Source: an uncultured Bacteroidota bacterium (GTDB taxonomy: Bacteria > Bacteroidota > Bacteroidia > Bacteroidales > UBA12077). Taken from it: a DNA stretch of 64,000 bases. Positions within the stretch are counted from its first letter, which is position 1, and each line of letters begins with the position of its first letter. The notes beneath the pieces are model-generated. The model saw only the letters and a list, made by a program, of their open reading frames with translations. It had not been told where the DNA came from and made no database searches. Where the stretch lies: positions 3,214 to 67,213 of the forward strand of contig CAJXLK010000020.1 in the NCBI GenBank assembly GCA_913055635.1, given 5' to 3'. This document shows, in pieces, positions 29,960 through 39,406 of the stretch. The translations under genes and the position numbers were made by a program.

Positions 29960-30434
29960 ACAAAAGGCGGTCATCCCATTGTTCCTGTTTTTATTGCCTG
30001 TTTTGGCAATGGGTCAGGATTGTACCAATTACCACATCGAAAATTGCCGGTGGGCCAACCGTTCATTTCTTTACAGCCGACAGTCACAGAGTGCTTTATT
30101 TAAACCCGGCATGAGAAGCGAATTTCGCATCATCGTTTACGGGGGTGAAGAATATTACCTCTCGGTGGATGGGCACGGTAAGCTGGGGGATATCCGGGTG
30201 CGGATTTTTGAGGATGAAAAAAAGGAACAGGCCCTCTACGACAACGCTGAATTCAATTACGAAAAATATTTTTATTTTAAGAATTCCCGCACCCGTGACC
30301 TGGTAGTAGAGGTTACCAGCAAAAATACGGATTCGGGCTCATCCTCCAACCAACGGTATTGCCTTGGGGTATTGATCGAGTTCCGGGAAACCGAGGCCCG
30401 GGAAAAAAGACTGCAGGATACCGTTGGTTTTTGA
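29934..30434 (+). CDS. Hypothetical secreted protein (about 160 aa)
   Basis: Signal peptide LFLFLLPVLAMGQ. It overlaps the preceding gene by 26 nt, which suggests co-transcription. I recognise no family. Confidence 0.55.
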   Translation: MGRMIFRIKQKAVIPLFLFLLPVLAMGQDCTNYHIENCRWANRSFLYSRQSQSALFKPGMRSEFRIIVYGGEEYYLSVDGHGKLGDIRVRIFEDEKKEQALYDNAEFNYEKYFYFKNSRTRDLVVEVTSKNTDSGSSSNQRYCLGVLIEFRETEAREKRLQDTVGF

Positions 30435-30550
30435 GGAATAAGGCCCGTTTCAGGTCTCATCCCTGGTGGCTTGTTATGTAGATGCGATCTGTTTATACCC
30501 GTTGTCTTACAAAGGGGTTGGCCGATTTGGGGGCATTCGGATTAAAAAAA

Positions 30551-30582
30551 GCCCTGAACAGCAACTGATTGCTGTTCAGGGC
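30551..30582. terminator. Bidirectional rho-independent terminator between convergent genes (strongest for lon)
   Basis: 14-bp perfect stem GCCCTGAACAGCAA / TTGCTGTTCAGGGC. On the minus strand it is followed by 7 T. Confidence 0.75.
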
Positions 30583-30630
30583 AAAGAATGGTAAGGCCTC
30601 CGTGGTGAAGGCAAGTGCTGTCAAGGGTTA

Positions 30631-33093
30631 TCAACCGGATCGTTTGATCAGTCGGTTTTTCGGATAGACAACCCCGAGTACGTCATCAAAATGGTCTACA
30701 AAATGCGGTTTGATGCCTTTTTTGAGGTAATCGGGCAAATCCTCAAAATCTTTCTCATTGGCTTGGGGAAAGATCAGGTTGTAGACCCCGACACGCCGGG
30801 CGGCGATGGTTTTTTCCCGCACCCCGCCAATGGGAAGGATCTTGCCGGTGAGGGTCAGCTCGCCGGTCATGGCCACATCGCGTCGCACGGGTTTATTGGT
30901 GGCCAGGGAGTAGAGCGCCAGGGCCATGGTGATGCCGGCGCTGGGTCCGTCTTTGGGAGTGGCTCCTGCCGGCACGTGCAGGTGGATGAAATTGTCCTTG
31001 AAATACTGGTCCAGCCCATCCTGTGAATCCCGGTGGCAAAGCATGGACCGTACGTAGGAATAGGCAATTTCAGAGGACTCCTGCATAACCTTCCCGAGCT
31101 GTCCGGTTTGCTTGAACCCGCTGTTGTTGCTTTTGACCGAAGAAGCCTCCACGTACATGGTGGTCCCCCCTAGCGAAGTCCAGGCCAGGCCCAGGGAAAC
31201 CCCGGGTTTGTCTTCGGTATAGAGTTGCTCTGTGGTGAAGACCGGTTTGCCCAGAAATTTCTCCAGGTTGTTTTTGGTCACCGAAAAGGTTTTTTGTCCC
31301 GATTCTGATTGCCGCAAGGTGACCTGGCGCATGATCTTGGCGATGTTTTTCTCCAGGCTTCTGACCCCTGCTTCACGGGCATATTCATCGATGGTCCGGC
31401 GCAGGGCCTCATCGGATATTTTGACCTCACTTTTCTTTAACCCGTGCTCTTTAATTTGCCGGGGAATCAGGTATCTACGGGCAATCTGGACTTTTTCCTC
31501 CAGGATATATCCCGGCAGCTTGATCACCTCCATGCGGTCGAGCAGGGCCTGGGGTATGGTATCGAGCTGATTGGCCGTGGTGATAAAAAGGATGTTCGAC
31601 AGATCGTAGCGCACGTCCAGGTAATGGTCCAGGAAATCTTTGTTTTGTTCGGGATCAAGAACTTCCAGCAGAGCGGAAGCCGGGTCGCCCTGGAAGCTCA
31701 CCCCCATCTTGTCTATCTCATCGAGCATAATCACCGGATTGGAGGTTTGGGTGCGTTTGAGGCTTTGGATCACCTTACCGGGCATGGCCCCGATATAAGT
31801 ACGGCGATGGCCTTTGATCTCAGCCTCATCACGCATACCCCCCACTGAGAAACGGAAAAATTTCCGGTTCATCGAGTCGGCAATGGACCGGCCAACCGAA
31901 GTTTTACCCACACCGGGGGGACCAACCAGGCAAAGGATGGTGCCGGTGTGTTTGCCTTTTTTAATGACCGTGCTGATGAACTCCAGGATGCGGTTTTTTA
32001 CATCCTTCAGCCCGTAATGATCGCGGTCAAGAATCTTTCGGGCTTCCTCAATGTTGAGGCGGTCCTGCGAATAAAGGCCCCACGGCAATTCGGTCAGGGT
32101 GTTCAGGTAGGCCCTTGTCACCTGAAATTCTGAAGAACTGGGCTCAAGCACCTGCAATTTGTCGATCTCCTCGTGGATGACATCGGAGGCCTCTTTGGTC
32201 AATTTCAGGTTTTTGATGCGCTCCTGGAATTTTTGGATCTCCGATTCCTTATCGTCCTTTTCCATGCCCAGCTCTTTCTTAATCACTTTAAGCTGTTCGC
32301 GCAGGAAAAATTCGCGCTGTTGTTTGGAAACCTTTTCATTGATTTGCTTTTGGATCTCTTCCTGAATCTGAGACCGCTCGATCTCTTCTTTGAGCAGGAC
32401 CAAAAGCTTTTCTCCACGTTTGTATAGGTCGTAAGTGGCCAGCACGTCCTGAAGCTTTTCCCCGTCGGCTGTCATCATCGATGCGATCAGATCCATCAGC
32501 ATGCCTGGTTTTTCAATGCTGATCTGATTCAATACCATCTTGATCTGTTCCTGAAATACCGGGTTCAGCTTGAGCAATTCCTTTACCGAGGATACAATGG
32601 AAAGGGTATATGCTTTGAGCTGTTCGTCGGGCTTTTCATCGGGATCACTGTAATAACTCACCTGCCACTCGATGGCCGGATCCTGACGAATGGTCTTGAT
32701 ATGCGAGAAACGTTGCATGCCCTGGACCAGCACCTGTACGCTGTTTTGATCCTCTACAGGAGCAAGCTTGAGAATACGCACCACCGTGCCTACCTCATAT
32801 AGCCGAGAATTCATATAATCCTGCTGATCCATCTCCCGTATCAATACCAACCCCATGAACGGCTGGTTGCTGTTGGCCACCCGTTTGATGATTTCAATGA
32901 AGCGTTCCCCTGAAAAAGTCATGGGAACCGTTATACCCGGAAAAAATGGCCGGGTTTCTGTGGGCAGTACTGTTAAATTGTCAGGTAACATGTCGGAAAC
33001 CATTGCCAGATCAGAGGAAATTGGCTGGCCGCCGGCTCCCTGATTTTGCCCCTGTTGTTGGTCGTTGGTGTTGTTATTCGCCTGGTTATTCAT
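30631..33093 (-). CDS. lon: Endopeptidase La (Lon protease)
   Basis: 820-aa ORF with a LON N-domain, AAA+ Walker A GPPGVGKTS and the catalytic Ser context PKDGPSAGITMA. The N-terminal extension is Asn/Gln-rich. Confidence 0.96.
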   Translation of the reverse strand: MNNQANNNTNDQQQGQNQGAGGQPISSDLAMVSDMLPDNLTVLPTETRPFFPGITVPMTFSGERFIEIIKRVANSNQPFMGLVLIREMDQQDYMNSRLYEVGTVVRILKLAPVEDQNSVQVLVQGMQRFSHIKTIRQDPAIEWQVSYYSDPDEKPDEQLKAYTLSIVSSVKELLKLNPVFQEQIKMVLNQISIEKPGMLMDLIASMMTADGEKLQDVLATYDLYKRGEKLLVLLKEEIERSQIQEEIQKQINEKVSKQQREFFLREQLKVIKKELGMEKDDKESEIQKFQERIKNLKLTKEASDVIHEEIDKLQVLEPSSSEFQVTRAYLNTLTELPWGLYSQDRLNIEEARKILDRDHYGLKDVKNRILEFISTVIKKGKHTGTILCLVGPPGVGKTSVGRSIADSMNRKFFRFSVGGMRDEAEIKGHRRTYIGAMPGKVIQSLKRTQTSNPVIMLDEIDKMGVSFQGDPASALLEVLDPEQNKDFLDHYLDVRYDLSNILFITTANQLDTIPQALLDRMEVIKLPGYILEEKVQIARRYLIPRQIKEHGLKKSEVKISDEALRRTIDEYAREAGVRSLEKNIAKIMRQVTLRQSESGQKTFSVTKNNLEKFLGKPVFTTEQLYTEDKPGVSLGLAWTSLGGTTMYVEASSVKSNNSGFKQTGQLGKVMQESSEIAYSYVRSMLCHRDSQDGLDQYFKDNFIHLHVPAGATPKDGPSAGITMALALYSLATNKPVRRDVAMTGELTLTGKILPIGGVREKTIAARRVGVYNLIFPQANEKDFEDLPDYLKKGIKPHFVDHFDDVLGVVYPKNRLIKRSG

Positions 33094-33367
33094 AGTTCGG
33101 TTGCTTTTTTATTTGAATTGGCACATCCATCCATTTTCACCTCCGGGTACAATGATTGTGCCAACATTAAACCACTGATTACCAACATATTAATTTAAAA
33201 CCCAGGCAGGCACATCCCATCCACATGATAACCTTGACCAGGCCTTGCTCCGGGTGATTCTTGCCTGAGTATCCGTTGATTCACTCCCCGAAACGATAGC
33301 GGTGTATGGATCAGGAGAAGCCCCCTATGATGCATCCATCAAACAAAAAAATCAGGGGTCCTCCCCC

Positions 33368-34174
33368 TCAATGGACATTGGATAGCACTGTGGGATGTTT
33401 GAGGTTTTCAGCCGACTGAAGGATGGCTTTGACCGATCCAACCAGGATTTTTGATTTAACCATCACCGGGATGCGGTTTTGATCGTTGGTCACCCAAACG
33501 CTAAGATGCTCTCCCCCACTGAAAATAGTGCCTTCAACCAACATGGCCGAAAATTTGATGCAGTTGTAGTGTTGGTCGCCGCGGATTTTGATCTCTTCCT
33601 GACCCTGGTAGCGCAAATAAAGTTCATAGATTTTATTGTCAATGATCAGGTTCAGGGGAATTTTTTGATTGACATCATACTTGGAAAAATCAAGGTTCCG
33701 GGCATAATAGATGGCGGTTAACACATCAAAAACCCGTTTTTCCATTGAAAGGGTATCTTCCTTATAGGGTTCCTTGGAATTATTCACCTGCGTATAGATC
33801 TTGCTGCGGTTGTGGTCAAAGATGTATTCGTTTTCCACGGCATAGCCGCCCTCATAGGTATTTCTTCTGAAGCGCCGGGGGTTTAGAAGGGATTTGGTGG
33901 CAAGGGAAGAAAAGTGATCGCGCACCTTGAAAATCCAATCATAAGATTTGAGTGAACGCCCGGAAGCCTGGAAGCGATATGCCTTTTGGTTGCGGTGGTT
34001 GACCTGATCCACCTCAAACAGCACATTGCCTGCATGCACCCATATAAAACCCCAGTTGTAATAGGCTTTATAGCGAACTTTTTCGCCGGGCTGAAAAGCT
34101 TGATGTTCCATTTTCTGGGACAAACCCAGAACGGGCATCAGCAGTAAAACCCCCATCAACCATCTATGCCACAT
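33368..34174 (-). CDS. DUF3108 domain-containing protein (secreted)
   Basis: 268-aa ORF with a signal peptide. The pattern GEKVRYKAYYNWGFIWVHAGNVLFEV is typical of DUF3108 as I recall it. Confidence 0.6.
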   Translation of the reverse strand: MWHRWLMGVLLLMPVLGLSQKMEHQAFQPGEKVRYKAYYNWGFIWVHAGNVLFEVDQVNHRNQKAYRFQASGRSLKSYDWIFKVRDHFSSLATKSLLNPRRFRRNTYEGGYAVENEYIFDHNRSKIYTQVNNSKEPYKEDTLSMEKRVFDVLTAIYYARNLDFSKYDVNQKIPLNLIIDNKIYELYLRYQGQEEIKIRGDQHYNCIKFSAMLVEGTIFSGGEHLSVWVTNDQNRIPVMVKSKILVGSVKAILQSAENLKHPTVLSNVH

Positions 34175-34206
34175 GGATCAGCATTGTTCGGGGTTGGTCA
34201 AACCGG

Positions 34207-34860
34207 TTACCAGGGAAAACGCCGGTGGGATTGACGAAACACATGATGGGGAGAATATGGATTCGACAGGGGATGATATCCCTCGGAAAACTGCATCTGG
34301 AAGTTGATGCTGGAATTTTCCGAGATCTTATACCCCATGCCGAAATGGAATGATTTATAGTCATTGGAATAGGGGCTTTGTTGGGCAGAGGGGTAGAGCT
34401 GGAAAGGTTGCATGGAATTTTCGGCATATTCCCCGCCAGCCCGTATATAAAACCTTTCATTGGGCTGATAGATGCCTTCTCCTGATATAGCAAAAGCGTT
34501 GTTACCGGGGGTGTTGGCCATCAACCCTTTTGTTGCGTTCATCTTTGCGGGGGCGCCCCCGGAGAAGGTGTTGGTGTTGGCCAAAACACCGGTAAAATTT
34601 AAGGTAAGGTTGGAATTGACCTGATAATCCACACTGGGGGCTACATACGACTGGAGGGCCGATTGACCGCCAAAGCCCGTAAAGCCAGTTCCCACTTCCA
34701 TGGAAAAGTTTACCGGGTCATTGGGGGAAGGCTTCGAATCAGCCAACTCCGAGGGATCCAGCGGACGGTAAAAATTGGGAAGCAGTTGATACTGCTGTCC
34801 TGCCGCCATAAGGGGCAATGCGATGATCATCAGGCTAACCAACAATTTTTGCATAACCAT
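34207..34860 (-). CDS. Hypothetical secreted or outer-membrane protein
   Basis: Signal peptide MQKLLVSLMIIALPLMAAGQ. The sequence is Gly/Asn/aromatic-rich with alternating beta-strand-like segments. I recognise no family. Confidence 0.5.
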   Translation of the reverse strand: MVMQKLLVSLMIIALPLMAAGQQYQLLPNFYRPLDPSELADSKPSPNDPVNFSMEVGTGFTGFGGQSALQSYVAPSVDYQVNSNLTLNFTGVLANTNTFSGGAPAKMNATKGLMANTPGNNAFAISGEGIYQPNERFYIRAGGEYAENSMQPFQLYPSAQQSPYSNDYKSFHFGMGYKISENSSINFQMQFSEGYHPLSNPYSPHHVFRQSHRRFPW

Positions 34861-34934
34861 ATTTTTTACTGTTAACAAAAGTAAGTAAAAATTTGTTCTT
34901 AAAACGCCATTCTTTCTCTTTTTAGTGTATCCAT

Positions 34935-37148
34935 TTAGTCTTTCATATCGGTTCGAACCACTTTCAATACTCCCTTTTCTTTTTTTAGCTTGCTGATCAG
35001 GGCATCCAGATTTTTGGTGCTGGCCACATACAGGTTGATGGTTCCTTCAAACAGCCCGTTGTCTGAGTCAATGGAGATGGAGCGCATTTTCACTTTCATA
35101 TTGTTGGAGATGATATCTGAAATGCGGTTGACCATTCCAATCTCGTCGATGCCTGATATTTTGATGCTGGTTTGAAATGAAGTTTTTTCACTGGTTTTTT
35201 TCCAGTGGGCAGCAACAACGCGATAATCGTATTTGGAGATCAGCCGTCGGGCGTTTACGCAGTTGGAGCGGTGAATTTTGATGCCTTCATTTTTGGTAAT
35301 AAAACCGATGATGTCATCTCCGTAGATGGGATTGCAGCATTTGGCCAGTTTATAATCCAGTCCTTGCAGGTTATCGCCAATGACAATATAATCTTCGGTC
35401 GCTCCCCCTTCCTTTTCTTTGGGTTGGGGTGCGCCCTGTTGCGGGGACGAATCAGGGCGGGCTTCTTCCTGGGTTTTTTCAGTGAGCAGTTCCTTGATTT
35501 CGCTCAGGTCAATTTTTTCAGCGGCCACTGCCGAATAGAATTTGGTGGCCTCCTTGATGTTGTAGTATTTGAGCAGGCGATTGAGGGTTTCCTGGGTGAA
35601 AGGTATTTTCCAGTTTTTGAGGCGTCTTTTCAGCAGTTCCTTGCCCTGTTCGGCTTCTTTTCGCAATTCCTCCTTCAGGGCTTGTCGAATTTTAGACCTG
35701 GCTTTGGTGGTGACCACCAGGTTGAGCCAGTCGCTTTTGGGTTTTTGTTTTTTGGAGGTTAAAATTTCCACGCTATCCCCGTTGTGCAAGCGGTGCTTCA
35801 TGGGGACATTTTTGTTGTTGACAATGCCTCCCACGCATTGGGCGCCCACCTCCGAATGAATTTCAAAGGCAAAATCCAGTACGGACGCCCCTTCAGGGAG
35901 TTTGATCAACTCTCCTTTTGGGGTAAAAACAAAAATCTCACGCGAGAGCATGTTTAGGCGGAAGCTGTCGACAATTTCACTGGCCGTGGCATCACTGGCC
36001 TCCAGAATGTCTCTTATTCGGCCCATCCAGTTATCAAAGGCATGGTCACCGCGTATGCCTTTGTATTTCCAATGGGCGGCATAGCCCTTTTCAGCAATTT
36101 CATCCATGCGCCTGGAGCGAATCTGCACTTCTACCCACTTGCCTTCCGGTCCGATAACGGTTGTGTGCAATGATTCATAGCCATTGCTCTTGGGGTTGGA
36201 GATCCAGTCGCGCAGGCGTTCGGGGTTGGGCCGGTAAAAGTCCGAGACCATGGAATAGACCCGCCAGCAGTCGGACTTTTCTGTCTCGGGTGGTGAATCC
36301 AGGATGATGCGGATGGCAAAGATGTCATAGACCTGCTCAAAGGGCACATTTTGGTGTTTCATCTTGCGCCAGATCGAATAAACCGACTTGGTGCGGCCCT
36401 TGACTTCGTAGGAAAAACCTTGACGATGAAGCTCTTTGCGGATGGGGTCGGCAAATTTTTTAATAAAGCGGTTTCGCCGGGCAGTGGTGTTTTGCAGTTT
36501 TTTGATGATCGTTCGGTAGGCCTCATTCTCCGTATATTTCATCGACAAATCTTCCAACTCCGACTTGATCGAATAAAGACCCAGGCGATGGGCCAACGGA
36601 GCATAAAGGCTGAAGGTCTGCATGGCTGTTTTTACCTGATGTTCGGTGGGCATATAATTCATCCGCCGCATTTCATCAAGCAAAATGGCCAGCCTGATCA
36701 GTATAACCCGGATGTCATCGGAGAGGGTCAACAGCAGCTTCCTGAAATTTTCCGGCTGATAACTGTTTTCACTTTCATTGACTTCAAAAATTTTTAGCAG
36801 CCCTTCGACAATCTCCCGCACTTTTTTGCCATATTTTTTGTCCAGCTCCTGGAGGGTCATTTTTTCTCGGCGCACTAAATCATAGAGCAAACTAGCCAGA
36901 ACAGATTTGGTGGCCATTCCGATTTCTTCCACTACAATGCGGGAGACATCCAGCAAATGGAGCACAAAAGGCTCGCCACTGGGCAACTGTTCATTTTGAT
37001 AGTGGCTGATGGCTTCATCCAGTGCCTGGCGAATGATCTGACTATCTTCTTCCTTGAGAAACGATTGGGAAAGGTGCAATAAGTTCTTATAGCGAAGATA
37101 GATTTGTCTTCTTTGCCTAAAACTGAGTTTTTCTTTGATCTCTGCCAT
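34935..37148 (-). CDS. Bifunctional RelA/SpoT-family (p)ppGpp synthetase/hydrolase
   Basis: 737-aa ORF with an N-terminal HD-type region and the synthetase motif NPKSNGYESLHTTV. It also has a TGS-like segment (FVFTPKGELIKLPEGASVLDFAF) and a C-terminal ACT-like domain. Confidence 0.93.
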   Translation of the reverse strand: MAEIKEKLSFRQRRQIYLRYKNLLHLSQSFLKEEDSQIIRQALDEAISHYQNEQLPSGEPFVLHLLDVSRIVVEEIGMATKSVLASLLYDLVRREKMTLQELDKKYGKKVREIVEGLLKIFEVNESENSYQPENFRKLLLTLSDDIRVILIRLAILLDEMRRMNYMPTEHQVKTAMQTFSLYAPLAHRLGLYSIKSELEDLSMKYTENEAYRTIIKKLQNTTARRNRFIKKFADPIRKELHRQGFSYEVKGRTKSVYSIWRKMKHQNVPFEQVYDIFAIRIILDSPPETEKSDCWRVYSMVSDFYRPNPERLRDWISNPKSNGYESLHTTVIGPEGKWVEVQIRSRRMDEIAEKGYAAHWKYKGIRGDHAFDNWMGRIRDILEASDATASEIVDSFRLNMLSREIFVFTPKGELIKLPEGASVLDFAFEIHSEVGAQCVGGIVNNKNVPMKHRLHNGDSVEILTSKKQKPKSDWLNLVVTTKARSKIRQALKEELRKEAEQGKELLKRRLKNWKIPFTQETLNRLLKYYNIKEATKFYSAVAAEKIDLSEIKELLTEKTQEEARPDSSPQQGAPQPKEKEGGATEDYIVIGDNLQGLDYKLAKCCNPIYGDDIIGFITKNEGIKIHRSNCVNARRLISKYDYRVVAAHWKKTSEKTSFQTSIKISGIDEIGMVNRISDIISNNMKVKMRSISIDSDNGLFEGTINLYVASTKNLDALISKLKKEKGVLKVVRTDMKD

Positions 37149-37154
37149 TGTCCG

Positions 37155-37940
37155 TTATTTAATGACAAAATCATCGGCGTCTTTAGCCACCGGAAATTTT
37201 TCCCGGAAGCGGTCAAGATCTTCGCGTGAGAGGGTGACCGTTTCACTGGCCTCTTCCCCGGGTTGGGTTGTGCTGATGATATGTCCTTTGGGATGAATGA
37301 CCATGGAGTCGCCGCTATACGTCAACCCCTGCCCGTCCTGACCGATGCGGTTGATGCCCGCCACATAAGCCTGGTTTTCCAGGGCTCGGGCCACCAACAG
37401 GGCCCGCCACACATGCCGGCGGCTCTCCGGCCAATTGGCCACATAGAGCAACAGGTCATAGTTGTTTTGGTTGCGGCTCCAAACCGGAAAGCGCAAATCA
37501 TAGCATATTAATGGGAGCACCCCCCAACCCTTGAGGTGAAAAAGTCTCTTTTCCCGTCCCGGTGTATAGTGTTTGTTTTCTTCGCCCATCCTGAATAAGT
37601 GGCGTTTATCATAGCTATAGGTAGTACCCTGTGGGTATACAACGAACAGGCGGTTGAAATAATTGCCACCTTCCTGGACGATTATGCTTCCGGTTAGCAC
37701 CATCTCCCTTTCAGCAGCCATTGTGCGAAGCCACTGCAGGGTTTCTCCCTCAGCAGGCTCTGCCAATCGTTCAGGCTGCATTGAAAAACCGGTGGTGAAC
37801 ATTTCAGGAAGAATCACCAGATCGGTTTGCCGGGAAAGCTGATCCATTTTACGGGCAAACATCTGCCGGTTGGCTTCGGGATCCTCCCAATGAAGACCGG
37901 TTTGTATAAACCCTATGCGCAAATCATTACCTTGATTCAT
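37155..37940 (-). CDS. Carbon-nitrogen hydrolase family amidohydrolase (YafV/omega-amidase-like)
   Basis: 261-aa ORF. The nitrilase-superfamily triad contexts are ILPEMF (Glu) and LICYDLRFP (Cys). Confidence 0.85.
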   Translation of the reverse strand: MNQGNDLRIGFIQTGLHWEDPEANRQMFARKMDQLSRQTDLVILPEMFTTGFSMQPERLAEPAEGETLQWLRTMAAEREMVLTGSIIVQEGGNYFNRLFVVYPQGTTYSYDKRHLFRMGEENKHYTPGREKRLFHLKGWGVLPLICYDLRFPVWSRNQNNYDLLLYVANWPESRRHVWRALLVARALENQAYVAGINRIGQDGQGLTYSGDSMVIHPKGHIISTTQPGEEASETVTLSREDLDRFREKFPVAKDADDFVIK

Positions 37941-38002
37941 GGTTTCCTGTTTTTCCTAACCCGCACATTCAAATTTAATACTTTCTGAAGATTACCCCAA
38001 AA

Positions 38003-39178
38003 TTAACCCGATTTTTTCCCTGTTCCCTCAGTAGCCTTTTGCTGGTAGGTTTCGTCAAGAATGCCCTGGACCAAAGGAATGTAGTATGTCCAGAAAAAAC
38101 GGGCCTTCGAATGGGGTTCGCTGGAATAAAAAAGAAAATCAACCAGCCTGATGCCCTGGAAATAACAGGTATGGGGGCGCACCGGATTCTGGCTGAAATC
38201 TCCTGCAAAATAGTAGAAGGAGTAACTGCTGTTGTGGGATACGACAGCCGGGAAACGGGGTCCTATCCGGTGGCTGTTCAGCAGGGAATCGCCCCGGGGG
38301 GTGGTTTTCAAATGAAAATGAGCGGGTACCCGGTTGGTGGTATCAGCAGTGGTCAGGTCAAACCAGCCGGAATAGGTGATTTGGTCGGGCAGGTTGAAGC
38401 GGCGGGCAAATGCCGGCTGGGTTTCTATCACTGGTAAAGGTTCTTTCAGGGCCTGTTCTGCATCTAAAACCAGGATCTTGCCGTATTTATGGATCAAAAT
38501 GACCCCCGGGCCGGCAAATGACCATTGACCCTGATTCTGCGATTGATAACGGTTAACAATCCAGTTGGGACATGCCGAAGAATCCAGCGAAGGAAAATAC
38601 CGGCCTATCCATCCTGCCCATTCAATGCCAAGGAGGTCTTCTGTCTTTCTGCGCACCAGGTTTGAAGTGGATTTGTCGAGCAAGACAAATTCGCTCACAA
38701 TGGTCTTGCCCTTTTCCTTTAAGGCCTTAAGCATTAAATAATCATTTTGGTTCAGCCCCCCGTATACTTTTTGTTTGTCGTTGAGTTCAGGACTTTCTCC
38801 GGTATACCAGTCATTGTAGTAAACCCCGTAGGTGTCGGCGTAATAAGCCATGTCCATGGCGGAGGAAACCGATTCTACTTCCCGCAGGGAAATGCTTTTA
38901 AAGTCAAATTGCTGCTGTTGTGGATTGATGGGAAAAAAACCATAATAATCTTCTTTCAGCTGATAGAGGCTCTGATCCTGTTGAACATATTTTTGGTGGG
39001 TCAGCACCCAATGAAGCGATTGATGTTCGGTGCGTTCTTCGGTGGGAACAGTCTTATCCAGAATATAAATATCCAGCGTTTTAGAGGGTTTAACCAACCA
39101 AATCACGAAGGCGGTCAGTACCGCCAGCAGAGCCACTCCAACGATGGCCAAAATGGTTTTTGTGACAGGTCTTTTCAT
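38003..39178 (-). CDS. Hypothetical membrane-anchored protein (about 390 aa)
   Basis: ATG at 39178 gives MKRPVTKTILAIVGVALLAVLTAFVIWLV, a single N-terminal TM helix. The rest is soluble-looking. I recognise no family. Confidence 0.6.
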   Translation of the reverse strand: MKRPVTKTILAIVGVALLAVLTAFVIWLVKPSKTLDIYILDKTVPTEERTEHQSLHWVLTHQKYVQQDQSLYQLKEDYYGFFPINPQQQQFDFKSISLREVESVSSAMDMAYYADTYGVYYNDWYTGESPELNDKQKVYGGLNQNDYLMLKALKEKGKTIVSEFVLLDKSTSNLVRRKTEDLLGIEWAGWIGRYFPSLDSSACPNWIVNRYQSQNQGQWSFAGPGVILIHKYGKILVLDAEQALKEPLPVIETQPAFARRFNLPDQITYSGWFDLTTADTTNRVPAHFHLKTTPRGDSLLNSHRIGPRFPAVVSHNSSYSFYYFAGDFSQNPVRPHTCYFQGIRLVDFLFYSSEPHSKARFFWTYYIPLVQGILDETYQQKATEGTGKKSG

Positions 39179-39406
39179 CAAAGGCGCTCGATTAATTTGG
39201 CCGCACAAAGTAAAGTGTTTTTCTTAAAGGATGCAAATTTTTTTCATCAATACCCTGTTAGATAGCTGTTAACATCTGAATGTGACGGGCTATAGACCTG
39301 CCCTGCCTGGAAAAATTAAGTTTCGAATACGCTTGCATAAGAGCGGGAAAATCGCCCATGGACTGGCCCGAGGGCAAATCCGAACTGAGGGTGAGGTCAA
39401 GGGGCA

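Noticed and set aside
33148-33163. Sigma-54 type promoter upstream of lon (minus strand TGGCAC-AATCA-TTGTA)
   Set aside because: The -24 element is perfect, but the -12 element has GT instead of the near-invariant GC. The TGGCAC is also one arm of the inverted repeat reported above. No enhancer-binding protein gene is nearby. I treat it as coincidence unless TSS data say otherwise.
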